Source: Octopus vulgaris (lineage: Eukaryota). From it: a stretch of DNA of 64,000 bases. Both the position numbers and the translations under genes were made by a program. Every line of letters starts with the position of its first letter. Position 1 is the stretch's first letter. Location of the stretch: positions 30,628,001-30,692,000 of the forward strand of contig OX597840.1 of assembly GCA_951406725.2 (NCBI GenBank), read 5' to 3'. Of this stretch, positions 1 through 12,819 are shown piece after piece. The notes beneath the pieces were generated by a model. The model was not told the origin of the DNA, did no database searches, and saw only the letters and a list, made by a program, of their open reading frames with translations.

Positions 1-121
1 TTAATTTCTATTCCAAACACAATCTTAATAATGGGAGGTGATGTCTATCCCTACTCAAATGTCGATGTTCTGTTAGAACAAACTATACTGTGGTAAATAC
101 CATGAGTGAACCTCTCATATA

Positions 122-351
122 TATTTCTTTACTGCCCACAAAGGGCTAAACATAGAGGGGACAAACAAGGACAGACAAAGGGATTAAGTCGATTACATCG
201 ACCCCAGTGCATAACTGGTACTTAATTTATCGACCCCGAAAGGATGAAAGGCAAAGTCGACCTCGGCGGAATTTTGAACTCAGAATGTAACGGCGGACGA
301 AATAAGGCTACGCATTTCGCCCGGTGTGCTAACGTTTCTACCAGCTCACCG
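122..351 (-). mobile_element. tRNA-derived SINE, family A (my label), full-length monomer
   Basis: Head ggcggtgagctggtagaaacgttagc (box A-like), gagttcaaaattcc (box B-like), body gaggtcgactttgcctttcatcctttcggggtcgat, tail ...gtaaagaaata. Target-site duplication (TSD) cctctcatata at 111-121 and 352-362. Confidence 0.9.
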
Positions 352-720
352 CCTCTCATATAGGCTTTCAGTGCAGAATGCATGCTTGTTTATATTGCTG
401 ATGAGGAGATCAATCCTCACACAGCCACACCTGTGTCCAACATAAATATAGTTACAAATGGTTTAGTCACAGATTTGCTCAATGAAAGTTAACTGACAAC
501 TACGGAACAGCTGTAACCAACTCCAGTTTTATAAATGGTAAGAATTTTGGTAAAAACTAGGAGTTTGATAGAAATAAAGTTATTCCCACTTTTTCTGTTG
601 TCCCCACTTTTTCTGTAGTATTTCTTACAAAGCCTTGTACTACTTGATTCATCCCTCTTTCGATGTGGTTCAACTCCCTGTCTCAACCAGTTGCATTTCA
701 ATCTTCATCCTTTTGACCTT

Positions 721-1446
721 TATCTATCCGCTCAGTCAAAGTCGATTTTCGGTCACTCGTTGGATCAGTGTCCTCCAGTCAGTTCTATCCTGGGCCGTTT
801 CCTTCAGACTGGCTACAGCCATTCTGGTATCACTCTTGATGGTGTGAAGCCAGCGGGTTCTTGGTCGGCCTCTTCCTCTCTTGCCACTGACCATTCCGTA
901 TATATATCTATCTATCCGCTCAATCGAAGTCGACTTTCGGTCACTCGTTGGATCAGTGTCCTCCAGTCAGTTCTATCCTGGGCCGTTTCCTTCAGACTGG
1001 CTACAGCCATTCTGGTATCACTCTTGATGGTGTGAAGCCAGCGGGTTCTTGGTCGGCCTCTTCCTCTCTTGCCACTGACCATTCCGTATATATATATATC
1101 TATCCGCTCAATCGAAGTCGACTTTCGGTCACTCGTTGGATCAGTGTCCTCCAGTCAGTTCTATCTTGGGCCGCTTCTTTCAGATTGGCCATGTCCATTC
1201 CGGTATCACTCTTGATGATGTCAAGCCAGCGGGTTCTTGGTCGGCCTCTTCCTCTCTTGCTACTGACCACTCCGAGCATGATGTCCTTCTCCAAGGATTT
1301 TCTCTGCATAATATGACCAAAATATGCCAATCTATGCTTGGTGATCCCAGCTTCTAGCAACATTTTCGGCCTTATCTGCTTAAGAACTTCTCCATTGGTG
1401 AGCCTCGCTGTCCATGGAATCCGCAAAAGTCTTCTCCAACACCAGA
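721..1446 (-). mobile_element. RTE-clade LINE 3' fragment with two extra tandem copies of its terminal ~180 nt
   Basis: ORF 1100-1426 (RIPWTAR..NxEVL...YFGHIM..SLEKDIMLG...RGRGRPRTRWLD...AAQDRTDWR) is the RTE/BovB-type C-terminus. A 188-nt period is visible (ccgctca at 728, 916, 1104). Confidence 0.9.
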
Positions 1447-1680
1447 GATTTTTCCCTGAGTCACCATCTCACCCTTGTATGCCAATCTGTCGCAGGGTTA
1501 GCCATTTACAGCTGTGTGAACAGCAGCAATGTGGAATGAAGTGTTTTGCTCAAGGCCACAATGCATAACCATTCTCGGAATTGCAATCACGGTCTTGTGG
1601 TTATGTGTGCAACACCCAGGTCACAACCAAGGAATTATTCCAGCAGAGTTGTGGATGAAACAATATCAGTGCACCTGTAC

Positions 1681-1909
1681 TGGCGAGCTAGCAGAATCGT
1701 TAGCACGCCAAGCGAAATTCTTAGCTGTATTTCGTCTGTCGTTACGTTCTGAGTTCAAATGCCGCCGAGGTCGACTTTGCCTTTCATCCTTTCAGGGTCG
1801 ATAAATTAAGTACCAGTTTCGCACTGAGGTCGATGTAATCGACTTAATCCCTTTGTCTGTCCTAGTTTGTCCCCTCTGTGTTTAGCCCCTTGTGGGCAAT
1901 AAAGAAATA
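1681..1909 (+). mobile_element. SINE family A monomer
   Basis: Same head, body and tail as 122-351. TSD aatatcagtgcacct at 1662-1676 and 1910-1924. Confidence 0.9.
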
Positions 1910-2100
1910 AATATCAGTGCACCTACCTGAACTCTAAAATTTGTAAGAAGCCACGCAGGAATAAAAATACCTTTCTTGGAAGAGGAGGTAAAGGTTGGTG
2001 ACAGGAAAGGCATCTAGCTTTATACTGCTGCCTCATTAAGTCATCCATGGTGAGGCAGGGGGTGGGGTGTAGGGAAGAAGGAGGAAATGAACATAAAAAC

Positions 2101-2256
2101 GATAATGATGATACATGTTGATGGTGATGGTGATGATGATTGTGATGGGGGAAAGTAATGATGATGGTGATGATCAAGATGATGTGGATGATGATGATGG
2201 TGATGATGATGATGATGATGACGACGACGATGACGATGATGATGATGACGGTGATG

Positions 2257-2288
<32 letters not shown>

Positions 2289-2636
2289 AATGATGATGAT
2301 GACGATGATGATGATGATAGTGATGATAGTGATGATGATGATGATGATGATGGTGATTATCAAGATGATGTGGATGATGATGATGATGATGATGACAACG
2401 ATGACGATGGCAATGGCGATAGTGATGATGATGATTGTGATGGGGAAGTTAATGATGATGGTGATAATTATGATGATGTGGATGATGATGCTGATGATGA
2501 TCGTGATGACAATGCTGATGATGATGATGTTGATAATGATAAAGATGATGACGATCATGATAGTGATGGTAATGATAATGATAGCAATGATGGTGATGAT
2601 GATGATGATGATAATAGTTAATGTAATGATGATGTT
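2101..2636. repeat. Degenerate (GAT)n microsatellite
   Basis: Read directly; it produces the poly-D, poly-M and poly-I pseudo-ORFs. Confidence 0.95.
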
Positions 2637-2952
2637 GAAGTTTTTTTTTTAAATAGGTTGTAGCTAAATTTTTAAAGTCGTAGTCATGAACTAATTAAAT
2701 TTAAAATCGAAAAATGATTTTTTTAACCATTTTACCAGTTTTATATGATTTTCTGAAAACATAAAATTTACCATTTTTAAATAATATGTAAAAATTTAAG
2801 ACTATTTTACAAGAAATAAAAGAATATAGATTCAATGTTTATGTATTTTACACATCATTAAGCAATAAAACAAACTGCTTTCAGCTTTCTATAAGCTTTG
2901 AGAAGATTCTAGAAAAATCACGTGTGTGTGTGTGTGTGTGCGTGTGTGTGTG

Positions 2953-3116
2953 TGGATGAGGACAGCAGCATAAAGAAGTGCTGGACTCTAATTTTGGGGA
3001 GAACTTGTGGAAGGGGTAGATCCAGGAAGACATGAGATGAAGTCTTCAGATTCTGGGTGTCACTGAGGAAATGGCAAGGAACCGGGAAGTTGTGATGGTT
3101 TGTTGTGCTTGAGAAA
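2953..3116 (+). mobile_element. Decayed RTE-like LINE 3' fragment (second family)
   Basis: Translates as DEDSSIKKCWTLILGRTCGRGRSRKT*DEV, then LGVTEEMARNRE after a frameshift. This matches the RTE C-terminal pattern GRGRPRKTW...MAxDR. Confidence 0.65.
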
Positions 3117-3117
3117 A

Positions 3118-3290
3118 TCATCATCATCATCATCATCATCGTTTAACGTCCATTTTTCATGGACGGTTTGACCAGGGTCTGGGAAGCCAGGAGGCTGCAC
3201 CAGGCTCCAGTCTGATCTGGCAGTGTTTCTACAGCTGGATGCCCTTCCTAATGCCAACCACTCCATGAGCATACTGAGTGCTTTTTACAT
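3118..3290 (-). mobile_element. SINE-like family C with (GAT)n 3' tail. Other copies at about 11295-11740, 12608-12780, 13726-13960, 27748-27972, 31367-31880, 40810-40950, 50760-50905, 54536-54735, 55440-55692 (+) and 55795-56015
   Basis: Recurrent block catcatcatcgtttaacgtcc...gctgcaccaggctccagtctgatctggcagtgtttctacagctggatgcccttcctaa. Copies share the tail end and vary at the other end, as retroposed copies do. Confidence 0.85.
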
Positions 3291-3486
3291 GTCACATCAG
3301 GCTAATTAAAATCCTGGTTGTCCATACATACAGGTTTGTCCTTTGCAGGTGCCACATAGAATGCATTCATGCCAGTACTGCATAAATGCCCCTGTGCCAG
3401 TGGCATGTAAATGGCACCTCACACACTCTGTAAAGTGTGCGTTAGGTGTCCTGGCACTGGGAATTGCATCCAGTTGTAGAGACCAT

Positions 3487-3855
3487 ACCTATTTCTTTAC
3501 TATCCACAAGGGGTTAAACACAGAGGGGACAAACAAGGACAGACAAACGGATTAAGTAGATTATATCGACCCCAGTGCATAACTGGTACTTAATTTATCG
3601 ACCCCTAAAGGATGAAAGGCAAAGTCGACCTCGGTGGAATTTGAACTCAGAACGTAACGGCAGACGAAATACCTATTTTTTTACTACCCACAAGGGGCTA
3701 AACACAGAGGAGATGAACAAGGACAGACAAATGGATTAAGTGAGTAACTGGTACTTAATTTATCGATTCCAAAAGGATAAAAGGCTAAGTCAACCTTGGC
3801 AGAATTTGAACTCAGAACGTAACGGCAGACAAAATGTCCTAACGTTTCTGCCAGA
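3487..3855 (-). mobile_element. SINE family A dimer (partly deleted)
   Basis: Two bodies joined at gacgaaatacctatttt (about 3663-3680). Confidence 0.85.
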
Positions 3856-4804
3856 TCTGGACAATTGGAGTCTGGACACGTCCCTGGCTGGTCAGCTTTT
3901 GCTGAACTGTCAAGCGTATCAGCATCAGAAACAGATGTTAAATAATGCTGATGATGAGGTTATGTAGCATATGATACATAACCTTCATTAAGGGATGGTA
4001 TATTGCCTCATTCCCTATTGAAGTCAGATGCTGCAGATTTCCAGCTAGATCGATACAGTTTCCTGCAGAAGACAAGTCTGAAACTTAGACAACTGAAGAA
4101 ACCAACCAAGGAGGTAGGCACAGCAGTAAAAAGCAGCTGAAGGAGGCTATGGTTGGTCAGAGAATGCTAATGGAAACTTTTCCCTATGCAAAGACTTGTT
4201 CAGGCCTCGCTGCCCCATTCTGGCAAAGCATACAGCAGGCTAAAATGAGAAACACTTGTGACCCCGAGATACCTGCCTAAAATACTGAAGGGTATTTTGC
4301 ATTGCAATGGAGCAAAGCATCTCTGATATATAATTCACCAAATATATATTTGTGTGTGTGTGAAGGGGATTGGTCTTGTATGTGTGTGTGTGTGTGGGTG
4401 TGTGTGAAGGTGATTAGCCTAGTTGCCCTTATGATTATGAGGTCATGGTTTCAATTCCCAAACTGGTTGTATGCTGTGTTCTTGAGCAAAACACTTCAGT
4501 CCACTTAGTGGTAAATGGCTAACCCTGTGACAGAATAGCCTTCCAATCAGGAGAAATGCTGGTTTGCTCACCCAGCCAGCAGGATGGCATCATTTGAAAG
4601 CTAAAATAATGGAAAGCACATTGTGACCAGCAATGTATGACAGCATCCGATATTCAATTTTTGTCAAATATTTCCCTGATGAGACTCTTACGTGTAAACA
4701 TGAACATTTATTGGGTCTCAATCGAAACAATTGTGGGATTACAATATTTATATTTATATTATATAATAATAATAATATGTTAATAAATTAAGATATGTCA
4801 ATCG

Positions 4805-4841
<37 letters not shown>

Positions 4842-5111
4842 AATGTTTAAAATACATGGAGATTTAACAGGGAATGAAACTTCAAATATATACCATCAAC
4901 TTTATTAGTACTATTTAGTAGATAATCTTTTAATGTGAAGTATGTTTGTCTGTGTTTTGCTGAGCCCAGAGTTGCCTCTGATGTAGCAGACTCATTGCAT
5001 AGTTTCTTTTTTCTTTCTGAAATACCCCAAATCTATGTCTTTCTTTAGACAAAAGGGTGTGCTTTAAGAGAGATTTGGCTGTAATTTGTAATAGCTCAAG
5101 TTACCACAGAC

Positions 5112-5176
<65 letters not shown>

Positions 5177-5867
5177 GTTGTGGTGAAAAAAATACTTTTC
5201 TCAGAATATTTTGCACCATAATTTTTTTAGGAAATTTGGACGTCTTCCTTACTACTAACCATTCAACTTCAAATTACAATTGTTAATTATTGGAGGCCAT
5301 GTAGACTGAGAGGTACAAATAGTATTATTGCAAAGAATGGAAGTTCAATACGAAGTTCTGAACTCTTGATTACCTTGTGGTTAGTAATCCATTGCCTGAA
5401 ATTTGAAGCCATTAAGTCTTTAAACATTATTTTACTGGGTTTAGTCTTTCGACTGGCTCCATGATGGAGAATCACCTTCAAAAATTTAATTGACCATACT
5501 GACCTCAGTACCAATTTCAATCTAGCACTTATTTTATAGATCTCTGCTTGATGAACTGCTAACTTTCAGACATAGAGGGACACAATACTCGATTTAACAA
5601 CAAATGTAAACACACACCCACACACACATACGTACATACATACATACACACACATACATATACATAGATACATACATACATACACACACACATACATACA
5701 TACATACAAACATGCATACATACATACATACATACTTACATACATAAGTATGTATCAATAACTACCGATAATATATTCAAATTAGCAAACTGAAATCAAG
5801 ATTTTGACCACCAAATCTTGTTTTTGTTGTTCTTGGGAGAAAAAACATCTGTGTTTATAACTCACAA

Positions 5868-6973
5868 CCACTAATACCATCGCCACCATCACCGTGAATA
5901 TCGTCAATAGCAACAACAACAACAGTATCACAGCACCATTAATAAGCATCATCACTAGCGCCACCCCCAATACGATCACCACCAGCAACAACAATAACAA
6001 TACCATCGCCACCACCACCACCACCATCACCACCAACACCATCGGCAACACCGCTATCGTTACTATCATCGCCGCCAACATCAGCACTACCACCATGACC
6101 GCTATCTCCACCACCATCACAACCACCAACACCACCACCATCACTACCACCACCACCACTACCACCACCACCAGTGCCATCACTGCGACCATCACCATCA
6201 AGGCCAACACTACCACCATCACCGCTATCTCCACCACCATCACAACCACCAACACCACCACCATCACTACCACCACCACCACTACCACCACCACCAGTGC
6301 CATCACTGCGACCATCACCATCAAGGCCAACACTACCACCATCACCGCTATCTCCACCACCATCACAACCACCAACACCACCACCATCACTACCACCACC
6401 ACCACCACCACCACCAGTGCCATCACTGCGACCATCACCATCAAGGCCAACACTACCACCATCACCGCTATCTCCACCACCATCACCACTAGTGCCATCA
6501 CTGCGACCATCACCAGCCACACCACTACCACCATCACCACTATCACCACCAATATCAACACTACCACCATCACCACTACCTCCACCACCATGACACCTTC
6601 ACCACCACCAACACTACCACCATCACTACCACCACCACCATCACTACCATCACCATCAAGGCCAACACTACCACCATCATCACCACCACTACCACCACCA
6701 TCACCACCACCATCACCACCAACACCATCAGCAACACCACCACCACCAACACCACCAGTGACATCACTGCAACCATCTCCACTATCACCACCAATATCAG
6801 CACTACCACCATCACCACTACCTCCACCACCATCACACCATCACCACCACCAACACTACCACCATCGCCACCACCATCACCTCCACCATCACTACCACTA
6901 CCACCACCACCATCACACCATCACCACCACCACAAACATAATCATCACCATCAAGGCCAACACTACCACCATC

Positions 6974-7004
<31 letters not shown>

Positions 7005-7040
7005 CCAACATCACTGCCCACACCACCACCACCACAACAG
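5868..7040. repeat. (CAC/CAT)n-derived array with a ~117-120-nt higher-order repeat at about 6095-6520
   Basis: The unit ccgctatctccaccaccatcacaaccaccaacacc...agtgccatcactgcgaccatcaccatcaaggccaacactaccaccatca recurs about 3.5 times. Confidence 0.9.
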
Positions 7041-7565
7041 CAAGATCATTTACTTTCTAGAATATACTATAATTCAAACAAAAGATAAAAAAACACCAAA
7101 AAAAAAAAGATACGATAACCCCCCACCCCACCACCACGACCACCACCCACGACCACCACCACCACCCACCCACCACCACCCATCCACCCCAAACTAAATT
7201 GCATTTCACAATTTTCTCTATTTTATCAATTAGAAACTACTCAAATGTCAAAGAAAAAACAGAACCAGTTTAATTTCGGTTCCGCTCTTTGGATAAAAGA
7301 AAAATCTCCAAATAATTATAAGAGAATGGAGAAGGAATCTGGTTAAGTTTCCAGGATAATAAGATGTCTTGGAGAAGCAGAGAGAAAAAAAGATAAAGTG
7401 ATTTATTTGATTCCGATCTGTATGTAAACATTTCAAAACTAGATTCTTAAATCTGCTTCTCTCTCTCCTCTCTCTTTCTCTTGAATTCTATCTTTAAAGA
7501 TCTCTATCTTTCTCAAGCTCTCTCTCTCTCTGTCATTCTTTATCTATCTATCTATCTATCTATCC

Positions 7566-7650
<85 letters not shown>

Positions 7651-7808
7651 TCAATCAGTCTATCTATCTATCTATCTATCTATCTGTCTATCTATTTCCC
7701 TCTTTCTCTCTCTCTCCATCTCTCTCTCTCCCTCTCTGTTTCCCTGTAACAGTTAGTCTGTTTCTCTCTAACTCTCTAATTGTAACTCTTTCTCACTCTC
7801 TCACTAAG

Positions 7809-7839
<31 letters not shown>

Positions 7840-7880
7840 TTTTCTCTCTAGAACTAATTCTATCTTTAAAGATCTGTCTT

Positions 7881-7911
<31 letters not shown>

Positions 7912-8374
7912 TTAACATCATCGCAGTCTCTCTCTTTAACTCTCCAACTGTAACTTTCTCTCTCTCTCTCTCTCACACTAACTCTCTCTCTCTCTCTCAC
8001 ACTTTCTCTCTCTCTCTCTCTTTCTCTCTAAATTTCTCCTTAACCTTATACTTCTCGCTAACGTATCTCTCTCCATCTCTAACCTTATCTCTGTCTCTTT
8101 CTCCCTAAATATAACCTTAACTCATTGCCCCTCACTCTTTCACTGCCCCTCCCTCTCGCTCTCACTCACTCTTGCACAAAGTCTAACTCTGTAATGCTAA
8201 CACTCCCTCTATTCTCCTCTCTCTCTCTTTCTCACTCTCTCATTTTAACTTCCTCTCTCTCTCTCTCCCTTTAACTTCCTTCCTCTCTCTTTCTCTCTTT
8301 CTCTCCCACTTTAACTTCCTTCCTCTCTCTCTCTCTCTCTCACTTTAACTTTGTCACCCTCTCGCTCTCACTTT

Positions 8375-8429
<55 letters not shown>

Positions 8430-8871
8430 AGCTAATTGGTAATGAAACTCATGTTTTTTCCCCAGAATACCTGAACTGTTATTTAGACTTCTATTAACTA
8501 AAAAACAGAAAATAGATAAAAATATATTTGATGGCAAAAAAAAAATAAAATTATATATTTTTATCTTGAAAAAAAAAAATAACACAAACCATCCTCCCCT
8601 GATCTGTTACTTAACTAGAAAGATATAATGCTGTTTGTTTGTTTTTTTCTCTTTCTTACTTACTTTCTTTCGCAACTTTTTCACACACACCCCCCTTACA
8701 ACCCCACCCCCCTGGGAACATGGGAATAGACGCAACAATATATATATATACAGTTTTCTATGTAAGAAATCAGCACATGAAAGGGAGAGGGTGACTTAGG
8801 TGGGTTGAAAGCGAGCAAATTTACGAAAATAACAGTGTAAGGTTCTTTTCAACACACACACACAAACACAT

Positions 8872-8904
<33 letters not shown>

Positions 8905-8978
8905 CATACATACATACATATATACACACACATGCACATATACATATATATATAAGTATACCATATGAATCAATGATG

Positions 8979-9029
<51 letters not shown>

Positions 9030-9033
9030 ACAT

Positions 9034-9064
<31 letters not shown>

Positions 9065-9095
9065 ATATATAGATAAATAGATAGATAGATTTACA

Positions 9096-9134
<39 letters not shown>

Positions 9135-9217
9135 TTACATATATATATATATATAAATGTGTGTGTGTGTGTATATATATATGCATATATACACAAGCAC
9201 ATACACACACATGTATG

Positions 9218-9256
<39 letters not shown>

Positions 9257-9931
9257 GCATATATACACAAACACATACACACATGTATATATATATATAT
9301 ATATATATATAGCTTAAGTTAGAATGAAATAACGAAGTAGGTTGATAGGAAAATAAATAAATAAAATAAATAGAATTGAAATTATTGGTTGGTGAGAAAG
9401 GGAAGACTTTCAGCGATAAGAAAATGTAAGTTGTGATTGATAAAAATCAATAGTTCGCTATTTACGATAACACAACCATAACAATGGTCTGTGACTTCGG
9501 TACAAAGCCAGGAGTTTTGAAGGAATGGTGTTAATCGATACCATCAGTGCTGGTGCTTGACTGCTGCTTTATGTAATCAACCCCAGTGTGAATGAAAGGC
9601 AAAGCTGTCCCTGGCGTGAATTGAAATCAGAATCTAAAGAATCAAAATGTGTTGAAAGTCAGTTTTTTTTTTCTAAATCTTTATTGATTTTGCTAATCTC
9701 TTGCCCTAAAGAATTGCTTCTGACTTGGGGGTACAAAGCCACCAAATTTGTTGGGATGGGTTAGCTGATACCATTGATCCTAGTATGTGATTAATATTTT
9801 GTTTTATCAACCCCAGAATGATAAAAAGCGAAGCTGACCCCAGCAGGATTTGATCTCAGATTATAAAGTGCTGGAACAAATTCTGCAAGGTATTTTTCCA
9901 ATGGTCTAACAATGCTACCAATCATCCACCC

Positions 9932-9998
<67 letters not shown>

Positions 9999-9999
<1 letters not shown>

Positions 10000-10413
10000 G
10001 GCTACAGCAAATATTCTGCTCAATACCACAGATTTGCTTGTCAGTTGTTTGACCTTAACCAGTTGACCATGTCCCTTAGTGGCTGACGATATGTGCATCT
10101 CTGATCACGAGCAGAAGTAGTGGGTGAGCATCATAGCCATGTGTTGAGAGGGATTCTTTGGGGTTTGAATAATTCACCTCTGGAAACAAGTTTGTTTCAT
10201 TCAACATCCTTAAACAACCCTTATTCAGGGACCTTTTGAGCAGGATGGGCCACTGTAGAACACCTACAAAAATCAGTATTGCTTGGAACTGCAAGAATTC
10301 TTTGCAGGTTCTTGAAGCATGACCAGTAAATAAAGTGTCACCTTAGTCTGCTGGCTGTGGACAGCTGACACTTTCCATCACACCCAGCAAAATATGCTGT
10401 GAGTTTTCATCAC

Positions 10414-10414
<1 letters not shown>
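9999..10414 (+). mobile_element. Short R4/Dong-like element embedded in (TAA)n
   Basis: Flanked by (TAA)n at 9934-9998 and 10415-10485. Positions 10255-10329 read VEHLQKSVLLGTARILCRFLKHDQ*, resembling the terminal LQKxVLLGTAxIL motif also seen at about 61765-61805. Confidence 0.7.
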
Positions 10415-10472
<58 letters not shown>

Positions 10473-10904
10473 ATAACAATAATAATGATGATGATGATTG
10501 CTTGGAGAGTTGATAACACCAACATTTGGAAAGTGACTGCTAACATAACACTAGGGGATTTGAATGGGTTAACAGAACCTGTATAACTGGATATTTCACA
10601 GATTGTATTTCTTCTGAGGACGGGCCTTTGCATATGAAATGTAAAGGGTTTTTTTCTTATGAAATTTCTGCCTTGTCAGAAGCTTTCCTACTCTCCCCTT
10701 TTGCCCAACTTCGATGTTACAGTGCTTCAAGTGAACTACAATGCCCTTAATTCCTAATAATATCTAATTAGAAAAACATAATGGGTTTTCTTTAGACATC
10801 AAATGTCTACAGGGACCCAATAGAGTAGATTAGGTTTCAAAGTGGTCCATAAGTAAGAAATGGTTGAGAGCCTTTTTTGGAACCAATGGAGTCCCAGTTG
10901 TTGA

Positions 10905-12185
10905 GGAATACATTATCCAGTGTCTTTCTTGGAGTTGCTGCCGTAGTTTAGCCCTGAGTCAGACCTGATCCAGGACACTTGTTTAAAAATATTCCTGATG
11001 GTGACTGTAATATATTTTTTCAGGTGTAATGTATCTAGGACTACGTTATCCAGTATATCCCTAACTGTTGTTGCTTAACTTTGGGTCAAGCCTGATTCAG
11101 TAGAATTGCAATCAAAGTGGGTTCCCATCGTGACCATCCATTCTATTTTGGAGACAGAGAATATCTAGAACTGCAATATCCAATATGCCTGTCTTTGTTG
11201 TTGCTATTTAACCCAGAGCAGACTTATTTCTAGCAGACCTATAACCAAAGATGTTTCTGCTGTGAGAGGACATTCATTTTTCTGGCATGGTGTATCATCA
11301 TCATCATCATCATCATCATCATAGTTTAACGTCCACTTTCCATGCTAGCATGGGTTGGACGATTTTGACTGAGGGCTGGCGAACCAGATGGCTGCACCAG
11401 GGTCCAATCTGGATTTGGCAGAGTTTCTACAGCTGGATGCCCTTCCTAACACCAACCACTCCGAGAGTGTAGTGGGTGCTTTTTATGTGCCACCGACACG
11501 GGGGCCAGTCAGGCAGTACTGGCAATGACCTCGCTCAAATCCTTTTACACATGCCACCAGCACAGGTGCCAATAAGGTGACTTTGGTAACGATCACGCTT
11601 GAATGGTGCCCTTTTACGTGCCACTGGTATGGAAGCCAGTTGGCTGCTCTGGCAACGATCACGCTCAGATGGTGCTCTTGGCACCCTACTAGCATGGGCA
11701 CAAGTGCCAGTAAGGCGACGCGGGTAATGATCACGCTCGAATATCTGATGTGCATTTCATTATTCTTATTTAGCCCTAGGCAGATCTAACACAAAGTACA
11801 ACGTTGTACCTATTTTAACAACACCATATTTTTATTGACATAATATATCAAGGACTACATTTTTCCAATGTGCCTTTCTTTGTCATTGTTCTGGTTGTGA
11901 CCATCGTTATTTTTGGCATTGTGTATCTAAGGCTACATTATCCAAAGTGTCTTTGTGTTACTGTTTAACCCGAGATCAGACCTGGTCTTGTAAACCTCTT
12001 ACCAAGGGGGTTCTACTTGTGACCATCATTATTTTTGGCATTGTGTATCTAAGGTTACATTATCCAATGTGTCTTTGTTTTATTGTTAAGCTCTAGATCA
12101 GACCTGGTCTTGTAAACCTCTTACCAAGGGGGTTCTACTTGTGACCATCATTATTTTTCGGCATGGTGTACCTAGGACTACGCTC
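10905..12185. repeat. Old ~120-130-nt tandem array interrupted by a family C element
   Basis: Recurring gtatctaggactacattatccaa...tttaaccc..gtcagacctg...tgtgaccatc. The last two units (about 11897-12150) are near-identical with a 122-nt period. Confidence 0.7.
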
Positions 12186-12440
12186 CCAAATTTGATGCTT
12201 AGCTCTAGGACCATCCCTGATCTACCACACCAACAAATGACATTTTCTTCCATCCAAGTTATGACCCCTTACATCAAAAGTCCTGATTTTCAACTTACCT
12301 TTCACCCCTCATGAGACTGACAAAAATTAACACTGAAGAAAGTGCTTGTAGTGTCTTAGAAGTACTCCAGCATGGCCACAGCTCAGTAACTTAAACCAGT
12401 GTACAAAATAATAAAAGAATAATAGAACTACATGAACTAT

Positions 12441-12783
12441 AGGCGCAGGAGTGGCTGTGTGGTAAGTAGCTTGCTAACCAGCCACATGGTTCCGGGTTCA
12501 GTCCCACTGCATGGCATCTTGGGCAAGTGTCTTCTGCTATAGCCCCGGGCCGACCAATGCCTTGTGAGTGGATTTGGTAGACGGAAACTGAAAGAAGCCC
12601 GTCGTATATCATCATCATCATCATCATCGTTTAACGTCCGTTTTCCATGCTAGCATGGGTTGGACGGTTCGACCGGGGATCTGGGAAGCCAGAAGGCTGC
12701 ACCAGGCTCCAGTCTTATCTGGCAATGTTTCTACAACTGGATGCCCTTCCTAACGCCAACCACTCCGTGAGTGTAGCAGTTGC

Positions 12784-12819
<36 letters not shown>

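Noticed and set aside
486-545. Short frame ending at a G|GTAAGA donor-like site
   Set aside because: There is an in-frame stop at 483-485, no polypyrimidine acceptor, and the wrong phase to join exon 20549.
5782-7060. 388-aa Thr/Pro/His-rich ORF (mucin- or extensin-like) and overlapping ORFs
   Set aside because: It is open in several frames on both strands because CAC/CAT repeats lack stops. There are no convincing splice sites or non-repetitive domain.
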